From assembly GCA_945862155.1 (NCBI GenBank), contig CAMAXJ010000001.1, positions 5,845-69,844 of the forward strand: 64,000 nucleotides of DNA. The letters run 5' to 3'. This DNA comes from Rhodoluna limnophila (GTDB lineage Bacteria > Actinomycetota > Actinomycetes > Actinomycetales > Microbacteriaceae). Made by a program: the position numbers and the translations under genes. Below are positions 31,121-40,586 of the stretch, one piece after another. The notes beneath the pieces were generated by a model that was not told where the DNA came from, did no database searches, and was given only the letters and a program-made list of their open reading frames with translations. Each line of letters opens with the position of its first letter. The stretch's first letter is position 1.

Positions 31121-31291
31121 ATGCGCAACCGTTGGATCCTGATTGGCTACCTAGCCTTGTTCTTTGGCGTGGTGTCGCTCTATGACAGGTATAAAGAAAA
31201 CACCTTTTTGGTTATTGTTGCCACCGCTATTATTTTGATAACTGGATTGCTCGCCTGGATCTGGTCAGTTCAACCCAACAAGGACGAATAA
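31121..31291 (+). CDS. small two-TM membrane protein (56 aa, hand-called)
   Basis: MRNRWILIGYLALFFGVVSLYDRYKENTFLVIVATAIILITGLLAWIWSVQPNKDE. Its TAA overlaps the next ATG (TAATG). No strong SD. Confidence 0.4.
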   Translation: MRNRWILIGYLALFFGVVSLYDRYKENTFLVIVATAIILITGLLAWIWSVQPNKDE

Positions 31292-31515
31292 TGTCAGAAA
31301 AAGTTAAAGGACCAGCAAGCTACTTTCCCTCTATCGAAGAAAAGTATGGCAAGCCAATGGAGTACTGGTTCAAGCAGCTAACCAAGGTCAAGACCAAAAC
31401 CCACATGGAACAAGTTGCGTTTCTAAAAAATGAACATGCAATGGGGCACGGTCATGCCAACGCAATCGTCGCTTATGTGAAGGCTAAGGCCGCTAAATGG
31501 CCCTCGGCGAATTAG
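31291..31515 (+). CDS. DUF4287-like small protein
   Basis: 74 aa. The pattern PASYFPSIEEKYGKPMEYW...HGHANAIVAYVKA matches my recollection of DUF4287. Confidence 0.65.
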   Translation: MSEKVKGPASYFPSIEEKYGKPMEYWFKQLTKVKTKTHMEQVAFLKNEHAMGHGHANAIVAYVKAKAAKWPSAN

Positions 31516-31545
31516 ACTTGGGGCTATATCAAGAAAGAGAATTTC

Positions 31546-32154
31546 ATGTCTGAGCAGCCCCCACAAGAGCCAAAGAAGAATTCCAAAGGCCTTCCCACCT
31601 GGGCTTGGTTTGTTGGAACCTTCGCAATCGTGAGCTTGCTCGGCAACGTGGTCTTCGGTGGAAACACCTGGATCACAACGGCCATGAACGCCGTCAACAG
31701 CACCATTGCTTCTTTGCAGGTTGAAAAAGACACCTCGAAAGATGCATTTTGCCTGACCGGCTCTATTTCGGCAATTGACAAAGAAAACGCGAGTGCGGTT
31801 ATCAACGAAGCTGATGCACTAATTGGCACAACTACCGGTGCAATCGGGTATGCATCTATGGCCGAAGTTGAGGAAGAAAAGACCAAAGCAATCACCATCA
31901 TCCAAGAATCTGCACCAACGTACCGAGCACTTGGAGAGAGAATCATTACTGCAAAAACCTGCGATGATGCCACTTTTAGCTTCCTAATGGAAGATTTTGG
32001 AAACACTTTGGTGGACATGGGTGAGAACTTCGACCAGTGGAGCTTGCAGGCGTTATCGGAGAAGCCAGAATTGCTAAGTGGCCTGCCGACTCTTATTGAA
32101 ACCGCAGTTATAAAGGCTCAGGCGCTAATCAAATTCGTGGAGACGCTGGAGTAG
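31546..32154 (+). CDS. hypothetical N-terminally anchored helical protein
   Basis: 202 aa with one N-terminal TM (WAWFVGTFAIVSLLGNVVFGG) and an A/G-rich SD upstream. I prefer it over the antisense 164-aa ORF. Confidence 0.55.
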   Translation: MSEQPPQEPKKNSKGLPTWAWFVGTFAIVSLLGNVVFGGNTWITTAMNAVNSTIASLQVEKDTSKDAFCLTGSISAIDKENASAVINEADALIGTTTGAIGYASMAEVEEEKTKAITIIQESAPTYRALGERIITAKTCDDATFSFLMEDFGNTLVDMGENFDQWSLQALSEKPELLSGLPTLIETAVIKAQALIKFVETLE

Positions 32155-33337
32155 CTTTTTCATCAATCATTTGCTTGTAAAGAGCAATTGTTTTTTTGCT
32201 GATCTCACTCTGAGATAGCCATCTGTTGTCTGAAAGAGTTTCGCGCCTTGTTGCACCCTCTGAAATTTCTTTGTTGGCCTTTTTGATTGTCTTTGCCAAA
32301 CCCTTGATGGTGCCGGTCTCATCAAGCCAGTTGCTTCCCTCAGGAAGCTCCGCTGAGATTTTTGAATCGCAGAGTATTGTCGGTGTTCTAGTCGCTGCAG
32401 CCTCGTAAACCGTTAGTCCTTGAGTTTCAAAGCCAATGCTGGTTTGCATCACGGCGTCGGCGTTAGCAAAAACCTGCAAGATTTCCCGGTGCGGCAGCTT
32501 GCCGTGGAACTTTACTCGCTTGGATAGCAGTCTTGCGCGAACCAGGTTCTTGGCAGCCCGTTCGAGGGGGCCAAACCCGTAGATGTCCAAAGTGGCATTA
32601 GTTTTGGCCTTCGCAAAAGCTTCAATTGTCTGAAGGATTCTTTTCTCCGGCTGCATGCGCCCTGCCCAAACAAAGCGTACGGGTTTTTGAGGAATTGTTG
32701 CAGTGCGGGTGACATCTGCCAGAAGGTCGTCGTCGACCCCGGTGATCATGACATCAACTTCCGTGGCAACACCTTTTTCCTTTAGCATTTTTGCGAAGTG
32801 CGATGAGGGCGCTATTACCTTCTCCATGTTGCGGTGGATAAAAGCCATATACTCAAAGGCCGTAAAAACCTTTGGGTAGTTGGCAATTTTTAGAAAATGT
32901 GCGTGCTGCCAGGTGAAGAACCTCAGGAAAATAATCTTTAGTGGCTTACCGATTAGCTTGTTTGCCATCACGTCAATGTTGGTGTGGGCGGTATAGACCA
33001 AAGGCAGATTTCTTGACCTGGCTAATTCAATGGCCAAGCTAGCGGCAGCAAAATCCCCCTGAAGGTGCACCAGGTCGTAGTTTTGCGATTCGTATTGGCT
33101 CTGGCAGAACTTGGCTGCCTTGCGGAGTGACCAAACCACCGAGTATTCCCGACCAATGCTGGGGTAGCTAGAGGGGATTACTTTTATGTCTTTGTCGTAG
33201 GTGGCTCGCTTGGACTTGGGAGCAAAGATGGTGACCTGAACCCCGTTGCGGTTCAGATACTTCTTTTGAAGCATGACCGAGGTTTGGAGCCCACCTAGGG
33301 AATGCGGATGTTGATCCATGAACAGTGCAATGTGCAA
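32129..33337 (-). CDS. GT4-family (GT-B fold) glycosyltransferase
   Basis: 402 aa with N-terminal GGLQTS and the C-terminal E-x7-E region (TSIGFETQGLTVYEAAATRTP). The 3' end overlaps the convergent gene by 26 nt. Confidence 0.8.
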   Translation of the reverse strand: MHIALFMDQHPHSLGGLQTSVMLQKKYLNRNGVQVTIFAPKSKRATYDKDIKVIPSSYPSIGREYSVVWSLRKAAKFCQSQYESQNYDLVHLQGDFAAASLAIELARSRNLPLVYTAHTNIDVMANKLIGKPLKIIFLRFFTWQHAHFLKIANYPKVFTAFEYMAFIHRNMEKVIAPSSHFAKMLKEKGVATEVDVMITGVDDDLLADVTRTATIPQKPVRFVWAGRMQPEKRILQTIEAFAKAKTNATLDIYGFGPLERAAKNLVRARLLSKRVKFHGKLPHREILQVFANADAVMQTSIGFETQGLTVYEAAATRTPTILCDSKISAELPEGSNWLDETGTIKGLAKTIKKANKEISEGATRRETLSDNRWLSQSEISKKTIALYKQMIDEKATPASPRI

Positions 33338-33411
33338 AAAGGGCCTTTTTCCTGTCGGCGGCGAGTCGATAGCTAGACAAATCTACTCCTGATGCGACTT
33401 AGAATTAGGTT

Positions 33412-33894
33412 ATGACAATCAAAAACTTAGAACTGACAATGCTTAATGGCACCAAGGCTAGCTTCGGCGATTTCGCTGACAAGGTTGTTTTGGTAGTCAA
33501 CGTTGCATCCCGCTGCGGGCTATCTCCCCAGTACGAAGCGCTAGAGGCCATGCATAAAAAGTATGCTGACCGCGGCTTCAGCGTTTTAGGCATGCCTTCC
33601 AACCAGTTCCTTCAGGAACTAGGTAAATCAGAAAAGATTGCCGAGTATTGTTCAACCACTTGGGGAGTAACTTTCCCGATGACCGAGAAGGTAAAGGTCA
33701 ACGGCAAAAACGCTCACGATCTATACAAAGAACTAACTAAGACCAAAGACGGCGCAGGCCTTGCCGGTCCAGTTGCCTGGAACTTTGAAAAGTTTTTGGT
33801 TTTGCCAAACGGCACAGTTCACCGTTTTCGCCCAACCGTAAAGCCAGACTCACCGGAAATCATCTCGATAATCGAAGCAAATCTTCCTCGTTGA
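33412..33894 (+). CDS. gpx: glutathione peroxidase (Cys type)
   Basis: 160 aa with VVNVASRCGLSPQY, LGMPSNQF and WNFEKFLV motifs. Confidence 0.9.
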   Translation: MTIKNLELTMLNGTKASFGDFADKVVLVVNVASRCGLSPQYEALEAMHKKYADRGFSVLGMPSNQFLQELGKSEKIAEYCSTTWGVTFPMTEKVKVNGKNAHDLYKELTKTKDGAGLAGPVAWNFEKFLVLPNGTVHRFRPTVKPDSPEIISIIEANLPR

Positions 33895-33965
33895 AGTATC
33901 CGAATGAGCGAATTAGATATTCTCATTAAGCAAAAGCGGCACGTGCTTGTTGGACGGCTAAGTTA

Positions 33966-35156
33966 ATGCAAAACACTTACTTTGTTGACGGAGTTCGCAC
34001 TCCATTCGGGAAAGCCGGAGAAAAGGGTGTCTACTGGAACACTCGAGCAGATGACCTAATGGTCAAAGCGATTATCGGTCTACTAGATCGTCACCCAAAT
34101 CTTCCCAAGGAAGCAATCGACGATGTTGCTATTGCAGCCACCGATCAAACTGGCGACCAGGGTTTAACCATTGGAAGGACCTCGGCTTTACTTTCAGGTC
34201 TTCCACTATCCGTTCCCGGCTTTGCAATTGACCGGATGTGTGCCGGGGCCATGACTGCTGTGACATTGACCGGATCTGCGATTGGCGTTGGTTCCTACGA
34301 TGTAGTTCTCGCAGGAGGTGTGGAGCACATGGGGCACCACCCAATGAGTGAATGGGCAGATCCAAACCCGAGGCTCCTAGCCGAGAAACTGTTTGCCCAA
34401 GAAGCTTTGAACATGGGTTGCACAGCTGAAAATATCCACGACCGCTTTCCAGTTTTAACCAAGGAGCGCGCAGATGCCTTTGCGGTTAGAAGCCAGCAGC
34501 GTGCAGCAGCTGCTTACGACAAGGGCTACATCCAGCAAGATCTAGTTTCAGTTGCCGTAAGCACACCAGAAGGTGTTCGAGTAGTTGATCGCGATGAACT
34601 ACTACGGCCTAATTCAACCGTTGAGGGAATGAAAGATCTAAAGACACCCTTTAGGGCTAACGGCAAAGTCACCGCAGGAAACGCCTCTCCTTTGACAGAT
34701 GGAGCAACCATTTCTCTACTTGCCGGCGATCAAGCGCTAAAGCAATACGATCTACGCCCACGCATGCGCATGGTTGGATTTGCTTTTGCTGGTGTTGAGC
34801 CCGAGCTGATGGGCACCGGCCCAATCCCCTCAACGGAAAAGGCACTAAAAAAAGCAGGACTTACTATTTCTGATATTGGCCTCTTCGAAATCAACGAGGC
34901 TTTCGCAGTCCAAGTTCTTTCATTCCTTGAACACTTTAAGATTGCCGATGATGACCCCCGTGTTAACTCCTGGGGTGGAGCAATAGCATTTGGTCACCCG
35001 CTGGCTTCTTCAGGCGTTCGCTTGATGAATCAACTATCCCGCCAGTTCGAAATGCGCCGTGATGTTCAGTACGGAATTACCACGATGTGTATTGGTTTGG
35101 GCATGGGCGGAACTGTTATCTGGGAGAACGAGTTTTTCGACGGGAAAAAAAGCTGA
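33966..35156 (+). CDS. acetyl-CoA C-acyltransferase (thiolase, FadA-like)
   Basis: 396 aa with nucleophile context IDRMCAGAMTA, NEAFAVQ, GHPLASSGVR and CIGLGMGG. Confidence 0.9.
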   Translation: MQNTYFVDGVRTPFGKAGEKGVYWNTRADDLMVKAIIGLLDRHPNLPKEAIDDVAIAATDQTGDQGLTIGRTSALLSGLPLSVPGFAIDRMCAGAMTAVTLTGSAIGVGSYDVVLAGGVEHMGHHPMSEWADPNPRLLAEKLFAQEALNMGCTAENIHDRFPVLTKERADAFAVRSQQRAAAAYDKGYIQQDLVSVAVSTPEGVRVVDRDELLRPNSTVEGMKDLKTPFRANGKVTAGNASPLTDGATISLLAGDQALKQYDLRPRMRMVGFAFAGVEPELMGTGPIPSTEKALKKAGLTISDIGLFEINEAFAVQVLSFLEHFKIADDDPRVNSWGGAIAFGHPLASSGVRLMNQLSRQFEMRRDVQYGITTMCIGLGMGGTVIWENEFFDGKKS

Positions 35157-35185
35157 GTCAATAAGGATTGATGGCCAAGGGTGTA

Positions 35186-36388
35186 TCAGGGCAACAAAAA
35201 CTTGGTTCGGTAGCTTTGGATAGTTGGCCGCATGCCAATCCCGCAAACCCCAACCAGTTTGTCATTTCTGAAATATTCAAAAACGCACTCGCCAGATATT
35301 TCACCCGCAACTAACTCGCTTCTGTCGGCGAGGTATGTCATTCCGAAGGCAAGGATGTGCATGTCGTATTGGTCAGACCAAAACGAGGGCAGCGGAGCAA
35401 ACGGCTCCGCTAGCATTTCTGCTATCGATTCGCCGTTTAGGTATTTGCCCAGAATTAGCCCTGCGCGTTTTCCAGTTTCGGTCGGCAGGTTCCAGTGCTC
35501 GACGCGACGAGGCACTTGGTCAAACAGCGGGTTGACATAGCGCGCCACATCGCCAACTGCAAAGACATTTTCAACTAACGTGCCATTTGAAGAAACCGCC
35601 CGCAGTCCGCCATCAACCAAAACGCCATTAGAGATATCTATTCCACTTCCCTCGAGCCATTCGGTATTTGGCAAAGAGCCAATTGCAACTACAACTAGAT
35701 CTGCATCGTAGATAACCCCTGAATCAAGAATCACTCTTTCCACATGCCCATCACCGATCAAGCCAAACACCGAGGCGCCTTTAACAAACTCGACACCCAT
35801 AAGTTCATGGCGGCGCTTAACTTCTCGACCTAGAGTTTTACCGAGTGCTTCTTGCATTGGCTCATGAGTTCTTGCAACAACTTTCACTTGGCAGCCAGCC
35901 TTGACGGCAGTGGCGGCAACTTCACACCCAATGAACCCGGCGCCAAGAATCAAAACCTTCACTCCGGGAAGAAGCTGCTTACGCAGGGCAACGGCATCGT
36001 CAAAAGTTCTTAGAACGTGAATGCCTGAGATGCCATTGGCATCAACTGGCAGTGGCTTTGGTCGAAGGCCGGTTGCAATAACTAGCGCTCTGTATGGATG
36101 ACTGGTCCCGGATAGATCAGTAACTTTTTGTTCTTGGATATCTAATGACGTAGCGGCTTTTCCCAGCACCCATTCCACATCAGCTACCGATTCTTTGATG
36201 GGGAAGTAGATTTCATCAATGTCACCGGTTCCGCTTAGTAATTCCTTAGATAGCGGAGGTCTGTTGTATGGAAGGTATGGCTCATTGCCGATTACTTTTA
36301 TCGGGCCGGCGTAGCCGGCACGGCGAAGCCCTTCAGCAGAGCGCAGCCCAGCTAGTGAGCCACCAACAATTACTACCGGAGCGGACAA
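35186..36388 (-). CDS. NAD(P)H-ferredoxin reductase (putidaredoxin-reductase-like FAD flavoprotein)
   Basis: 400 aa with VVIVGGSLAGLRSAEGL, NRPPLSKE, ILGAGFIGCEVA and FAVGDVA. Confidence 0.85.
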   Translation of the reverse strand: MSAPVVIVGGSLAGLRSAEGLRRAGYAGPIKVIGNEPYLPYNRPPLSKELLSGTGDIDEIYFPIKESVADVEWVLGKAATSLDIQEQKVTDLSGTSHPYRALVIATGLRPKPLPVDANGISGIHVLRTFDDAVALRKQLLPGVKVLILGAGFIGCEVAATAVKAGCQVKVVARTHEPMQEALGKTLGREVKRRHELMGVEFVKGASVFGLIGDGHVERVILDSGVIYDADLVVVAIGSLPNTEWLEGSGIDISNGVLVDGGLRAVSSNGTLVENVFAVGDVARYVNPLFDQVPRRVEHWNLPTETGKRAGLILGKYLNGESIAEMLAEPFAPLPSFWSDQYDMHILAFGMTYLADRSELVAGEISGECVFEYFRNDKLVGVCGIGMRPTIQSYRTKFLLP

Positions 36389-36397
36389 AATCGTTAG

Positions 36398-36589
36398 CTA
36401 CTGAGCGATGCGAATAGCCTGCATCGGGCAGATATCAACCGCTGCCTCGACATTGTCTCGTTCGCTGTCGTCAACTTCGGCCACGTATTCCAACTTGTCC
36501 TCGGCGTTCAATTTGAAAACGGTTGGAGCTTCGAATACGCACTGTCCGTAGTGCTGACACTTGTTCATGTCAACTTCGACTTTGATCAT
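36398..36589 (-). CDS. small [3Fe-4S]/[4Fe-4S] ferredoxin (P450 redox-partner type)
   Basis: 63 aa with CQHYGQC ... CP cluster ligands. It immediately follows the FAH gene with zero spacer. Confidence 0.8.
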   Translation of the reverse strand: MIKVEVDMNKCQHYGQCVFEAPTVFKLNAEDKLEYVAEVDDSERDNVEAAVDICPMQAIRIAQ

Positions 36590-37465
36590 TTACTTCTCCT
36601 CGATTCGTGACGGATAAAGGTCTTTGGATGGAGTTCGTATGCCACGGAATTCCCAGTCGCCACCCATAGCGGTTGAAATCACTTCTTCGCTTTCAGTTGG
36701 CTGGGCTCCCACATCAGATCGAATTGGAGATGAACCGTGAACAATTTTGTTGCTCAAGCGGCCAAGCCCTTCAACCTCAACCTCAACAACATCGCCTGGC
36801 TGCACCGGTCTTGAGTTTGCTGGTGTGCCGGAAAAAATCATGTCCCCTGGCACTAGCGTGATGGTGCGAGCTAGATCTGCAACAAGGTAGTTCATATCCC
36901 ATTCCATGTTTTTGGTGTTGTCGTCTTGCTTTAGCTCACCGTTGACATAGGTGCGAATGTACTTGTTGCGAAAGTCCCAGTCGGTGACCATTCCTGGTCC
37001 AACCGGAGCCAAGGTGTCCGCACCTTTTACTCGAAGCATGGAACCGGCGTCGGTGTCTCTGAAATCGTGCAGACCATAGTCGTTACCAACTGAGTATCCA
37101 GCAATGTATTGACCTGCTTCATCAGGCGAAATGTTCTTGCAAGTTTTGCCGATGATGATCACGATTTCACCCTCGTAGTTCAACCACTTGCAACGATCCG
37201 GGCGGACAACATGTCCATGATGTGAATTCAAAGCAGTTATTGGCTTGTGAAAGTAAGTTGGGGCAGATGGCAATTTGGTCATGAATTCATCGGTACGGGA
37301 TTGGTAGTTCAAATGGACAGCCAAGATTTTGGTTGGCTCACTCGGGGCAAGATGAATGGCATCCTCGATGGCAACTTTTCTGCCATCGGCAGCCACCAAG
37401 TCGTTGCCGACTCTAAGCACCTGAACCGGCGCTCCTTCTAATTGAATCCGACGATACTCAGTCAC
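36590..37465 (-). CDS. fumarylacetoacetate hydrolase (FAH) family enzyme (HpaG/decarboxylase-isomerase-like)
   Basis: FAH-fold motifs (KILAVHLNY, NYEGEIVIIIGK, GYSVGNDYGLHD, MIFSGTP). The start is trimmed to GTG 37465, which overlaps the upstream stop by 8 nt. The longest ORF reaches 37606. Confidence 0.75.
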   Translation of the reverse strand: MTEYRRIQLEGAPVQVLRVGNDLVAADGRKVAIEDAIHLAPSEPTKILAVHLNYQSRTDEFMTKLPSAPTYFHKPITALNSHHGHVVRPDRCKWLNYEGEIVIIIGKTCKNISPDEAGQYIAGYSVGNDYGLHDFRDTDAGSMLRVKGADTLAPVGPGMVTDWDFRNKYIRTYVNGELKQDDNTKNMEWDMNYLVADLARTITLVPGDMIFSGTPANSRPVQPGDVVEVEVEGLGRLSNKIVHGSSPIRSDVGAQPTESEEVISTAMGGDWEFRGIRTPSKDLYPSRIEEK

Positions 37466-38366
37466 GCGAAAGAACCAGGTCCTTTGGTCTTGGGAAGCCA
37501 GCTTCAGGCTCAGGGAAGTAAACGTGAACTTGTCCCGTACCAATTGAGTTTTCATAGTCGGAGTACATAACACCCTTGGCGGTGTTGTCTCTCTCACCGG
37601 TCGCACCAGCCATGGTCAACCAATGGCTGAAGTTAGCCTCAGGCTTGAACTGCTTGAACTCATCCATGGTGTCCAGGATTCGTGCGTGATCTCCCTGCTT
37701 CATCCACTCGATGCGCTCTAGATCTGCAAGGCGCGCACCTTCTGAATAGATGTGGCTTGGGTCAGAGGACTCGTGCTTGCGAAGGTCGCGAAGCTTGTAG
37801 AAAGTGTGAGACAGGGCACCGGAAGCTAGCAGCAATACTTTACGATCGGTGTCGCGAATTGCTTCACCCAAGGCGCGACCGGCGCGCAAGAAATCCTCCG
37901 CTGTTGCAGTTTGGCAAACAGAAATAGAAACCCACTTCTTGTCCAGGCCGCGACCTAGGTAGTGCCAAAGGTTTACAGTGGCATAGAAGATTGGAAGATG
38001 CGGATCGCTAATTGGAGTTATCCAGGTTCCGTTTTTCTCGTCGTATTTCGCAGCTGCCATGGCAAGTTCCGGGTCACCCTTGAATGCGTAGGGAACCTGA
38101 GACATGCCTCGAGGAAGCTCTTCGGAAGTGAACAATCCAGAGCGCTCTGCCTGAGCGGTAATTACAAACTCAACTGTGGTGGCCCAATGGCTGTCAAGAA
38201 CAACTACTGTGTCGTAGTCCAGAGTCTCCATGACCTCTTTGCGGAATCTCTTTAGTCCTGGAACTAGCGAAATCTCCTTGCCCTCGTTTAGGTCATAACG
38301 AACCTTTTCGGGCAACATGATTGTTGGCACGTGAGCCAAGATTGCGGCTCCAACTACTTTTCCCAT
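37458..38366 (-). CDS. class III (LigB-type) extradiol ring-cleavage dioxygenase (HpaD/AmnB-like)
   Basis: MGKVVGAAILAHVP N-terminus, VVLDSHW, LLASGALSH, GTGQVHVYFP. A GGAAGGA RBS lies 6 nt upstream of the ATG at 38366. Confidence 0.8.
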   Translation of the reverse strand: MGKVVGAAILAHVPTIMLPEKVRYDLNEGKEISLVPGLKRFRKEVMETLDYDTVVVLDSHWATTVEFVITAQAERSGLFTSEELPRGMSQVPYAFKGDPELAMAAAKYDEKNGTWITPISDPHLPIFYATVNLWHYLGRGLDKKWVSISVCQTATAEDFLRAGRALGEAIRDTDRKVLLLASGALSHTFYKLRDLRKHESSDPSHIYSEGARLADLERIEWMKQGDHARILDTMDEFKQFKPEANFSHWLTMAGATGERDNTAKGVMYSDYENSIGTGQVHVYFPEPEAGFPRPKDLVLSRD

Positions 38367-38368
38367 TT

Positions 38369-39835
38369 CTATTCCTTCCATCCATTCGGTGAAATAACTG
38401 TGTTCTTTACATCTGCGTAGAAATCAAAAGACCAATTGCCACCCTCGCGGCCGATTCCAGATTTCTTGGAACCACCGAAGGGAGCCTTGAGGTCGCGAAC
38501 AAAGAAGCAGTTAATCCATATTGTTCCAGCAACTACCTCTGAAGCAATCCGCTTGGCATGTTCACGATTGCCTGAAACAATGACGGCTGCCAAACCAAAC
38601 TCGGTGCCGTTGGCCATTTCAATTAGCTGCTCATCTGTTGAAAAAGTCTGCATAGTCAAAACTGGGCCAAAGATCTCGGAGGTGACAATTTCCGCACCCA
38701 CCGGAGGGTTGACAATCAGTGTTGGTCTAAAGAACAGACCCCCCAGCTCACTGTTGGGCTCACCGCCCATAACTACTTTGATGCCGTCGTTCTTTGCGCG
38801 ATCTACAAATCCTTTGATGCGCTCGAAGTGCACTGGATGTATCTGAGGACCGATGTCGGTGTCTGGGTCTCGCGGGTCGCCCTGCTGAAGCTTCGCAGCC
38901 CTTTCTTGGAACTTTTTGGAAAACTCATCGGCAACCGATTCGTGCACCAGCAAACGAGTTCCAGAAAGACAAACCTGACCTGCGTTGTCGTACTGCTCAA
39001 CTGCCAGTTCGGCGGCAAGATCGAGGTCGGCATCTTCCAAAACAATCGTTGGAGATTTTCCACCCAGCTCAAAAGAAACCGGGGTTAGGTTCTCGGCCGC
39101 GGCGTGAGCTATCTTCTTCGCAGTCGGGACAGAGCCGGTGAATGAAATTCTTGCGATATCCGGATGGGAAACTAGAGCGTTGCCAACCTCAGCACCGAAA
39201 CCTTGCACAACGTTGAATACTCCCGCTGGAATTCCTGCTTTCACCGTTAGGTCAGCAAAGAAGGAAGCCGAGAGCGGAGTCCACTCAGCAGGTTTCAAAA
39301 TCACAGTGTCTCCGGCTGCAAGAGCTGGACCAATCTTCCAAGTTGCAAGCATCAGCGGTGCATTCCAAGGTGTCACCAAAACTGCAACCCCGGAAGGATC
39401 CCAGGAGATGTTGTTGGTGTGACCGCGAGTTTCCCAGCTTTCGTGGTGAAGATCGTTGATAGCCCAATCGGCAAAGAATCGAAGGTTTAGTGCAACTCTG
39501 GGCATGACGCCTCGAATATGAGACCTAAGCAAAGAACCATTGTCCAGAGTTTCGAGATTTGCTAGCTGCTCCAGATTTTCTTCGACCAGTGCCGCTAGTC
39601 GATGCAGTAATTCACCGCGGCCCTTGGGTCCCAGCTTGGACCATTCGGGGAAAGCTTTGCGAGCTGCCGCAACAGCTAGGTCAGCTTCGCGCTGACCACC
39701 TTTTGAAATTTTCGCGAGCAGGGCGCCATCAATGGGAGAAAAATTGTCGAAGGTTTCAGATGAGGAAACGCGTTGGCCACCAATGAAGTGACGGGTGTCT
39801 ACGGTAAGGCCCGATAGTGCAACGGTGTCAGTCAC
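38369..39835 (-). CDS. NAD(P)+ aldehyde dehydrogenase (hydroxymuconic-semialdehyde-dehydrogenase-like by context)
   Basis: ALDH motifs FTGSVPTAKKI, ELGGKSP and NAGQVCLSGTR (catalytic Cys). The start is trimmed to GTG 39835 after a GAAGGGG RBS. Confidence 0.85.
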   Translation of the reverse strand: MTDTVALSGLTVDTRHFIGGQRVSSSETFDNFSPIDGALLAKISKGGQREADLAVAAARKAFPEWSKLGPKGRGELLHRLAALVEENLEQLANLETLDNGSLLRSHIRGVMPRVALNLRFFADWAINDLHHESWETRGHTNNISWDPSGVAVLVTPWNAPLMLATWKIGPALAAGDTVILKPAEWTPLSASFFADLTVKAGIPAGVFNVVQGFGAEVGNALVSHPDIARISFTGSVPTAKKIAHAAAENLTPVSFELGGKSPTIVLEDADLDLAAELAVEQYDNAGQVCLSGTRLLVHESVADEFSKKFQERAAKLQQGDPRDPDTDIGPQIHPVHFERIKGFVDRAKNDGIKVVMGGEPNSELGGLFFRPTLIVNPPVGAEIVTSEIFGPVLTMQTFSTDEQLIEMANGTEFGLAAVIVSGNREHAKRIASEVVAGTIWINCFFVRDLKAPFGGSKKSGIGREGGNWSFDFYADVKNTVISPNGWKE

Positions 39836-39929
39836 AATTGCCCCTTCGCAATTCGTTCGGATACTAACAATACAATAAAGCACCCGCGGCCCCAAGGCCA
39901 ACAGGAAGTTCTAACGATCGAAAAAGAAC

Positions 39930-40430
39930 CTAGTCCTGGGCCTCGGTAAAGGCGGTTATCTTCCTCAGGGCAACAGTCAATTCCCGCTTTTCGGTCTTGC
40001 TGAACCCGCTCAAGACCTGTTGTTCGTGGGTGTTGAAATCAGGGAACAGCTTCTTCATAAGGGCCCTGCCTTTGGAGGTTAGAGTCACAATCACCAGACG
40101 CTTGTCCCCGGTGCCAGGATCCCGTTTCAGGTATCCCTTGCCCTCGAGGGTTTGTAGCACGCCGGTGAGGGTCGCCTTAGAAAAGCCGCCTTCTTCCGCG
40201 ATAACCCTGGTCTCGATAGGCTCCCAGATCCAAGACACCCACAGCACCACAAATCCAGTCCAGGAAAGCTCGTGGGGTCCAAGGACAGTGCGTTCAAGAT
40301 AGTTTCTGGTGGCATTGGCGGCGCGGAAGATATTGCTGATCGCAGCCATGGAGTCAAAATCCAGGGTCATGCCAGAGAGCTTGTTTTCAACCTGTCGCTC
40401 GGTCTCACTGAGGGTATGAGCTCCAGACAT
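39930..40430 (-). CDS. MarR-family transcriptional regulator
   Basis: 166 aa with a winged HTH (FSKATLTGVLQTLEGKGYLKRDPGTGDKRLVIVTLTSKG). It heads the ring-cleavage operon and is divergent from the P450. Confidence 0.85.
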   Translation of the reverse strand: MSGAHTLSETERQVENKLSGMTLDFDSMAAISNIFRAANATRNYLERTVLGPHELSWTGFVVLWVSWIWEPIETRVIAEEGGFSKATLTGVLQTLEGKGYLKRDPGTGDKRLVIVTLTSKGRALMKKLFPDFNTHEQQVLSGFSKTEKRELTVALRKITAFTEAQD

Positions 40431-40586
40431 CAGCTTCTCCGATTCGTTGGTATGGCACCTAACAATGACAATAGCCGAGCCTCAGGGACTATTCCCCATG
40501 ACTTTCTGGATATTTGTCCTAAAGGCCCAGTGAAATGTGTAGATTATTAGCGTCCAAACAATCTCCAAAAAAGAGAGAGCTCAACG

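Noticed and set aside
31524-32018. 164-aa minus-strand ORF overlapping the 31546-32154 plus-strand ORF.
   Set aside because: Only one can be real. The plus-strand ORF has an SD-like AAGAAAGAGAA, a clean N-terminal TM and same-strand neighbours, whereas the minus ORF is hydrophobic low-complexity. The choice remains uncertain.
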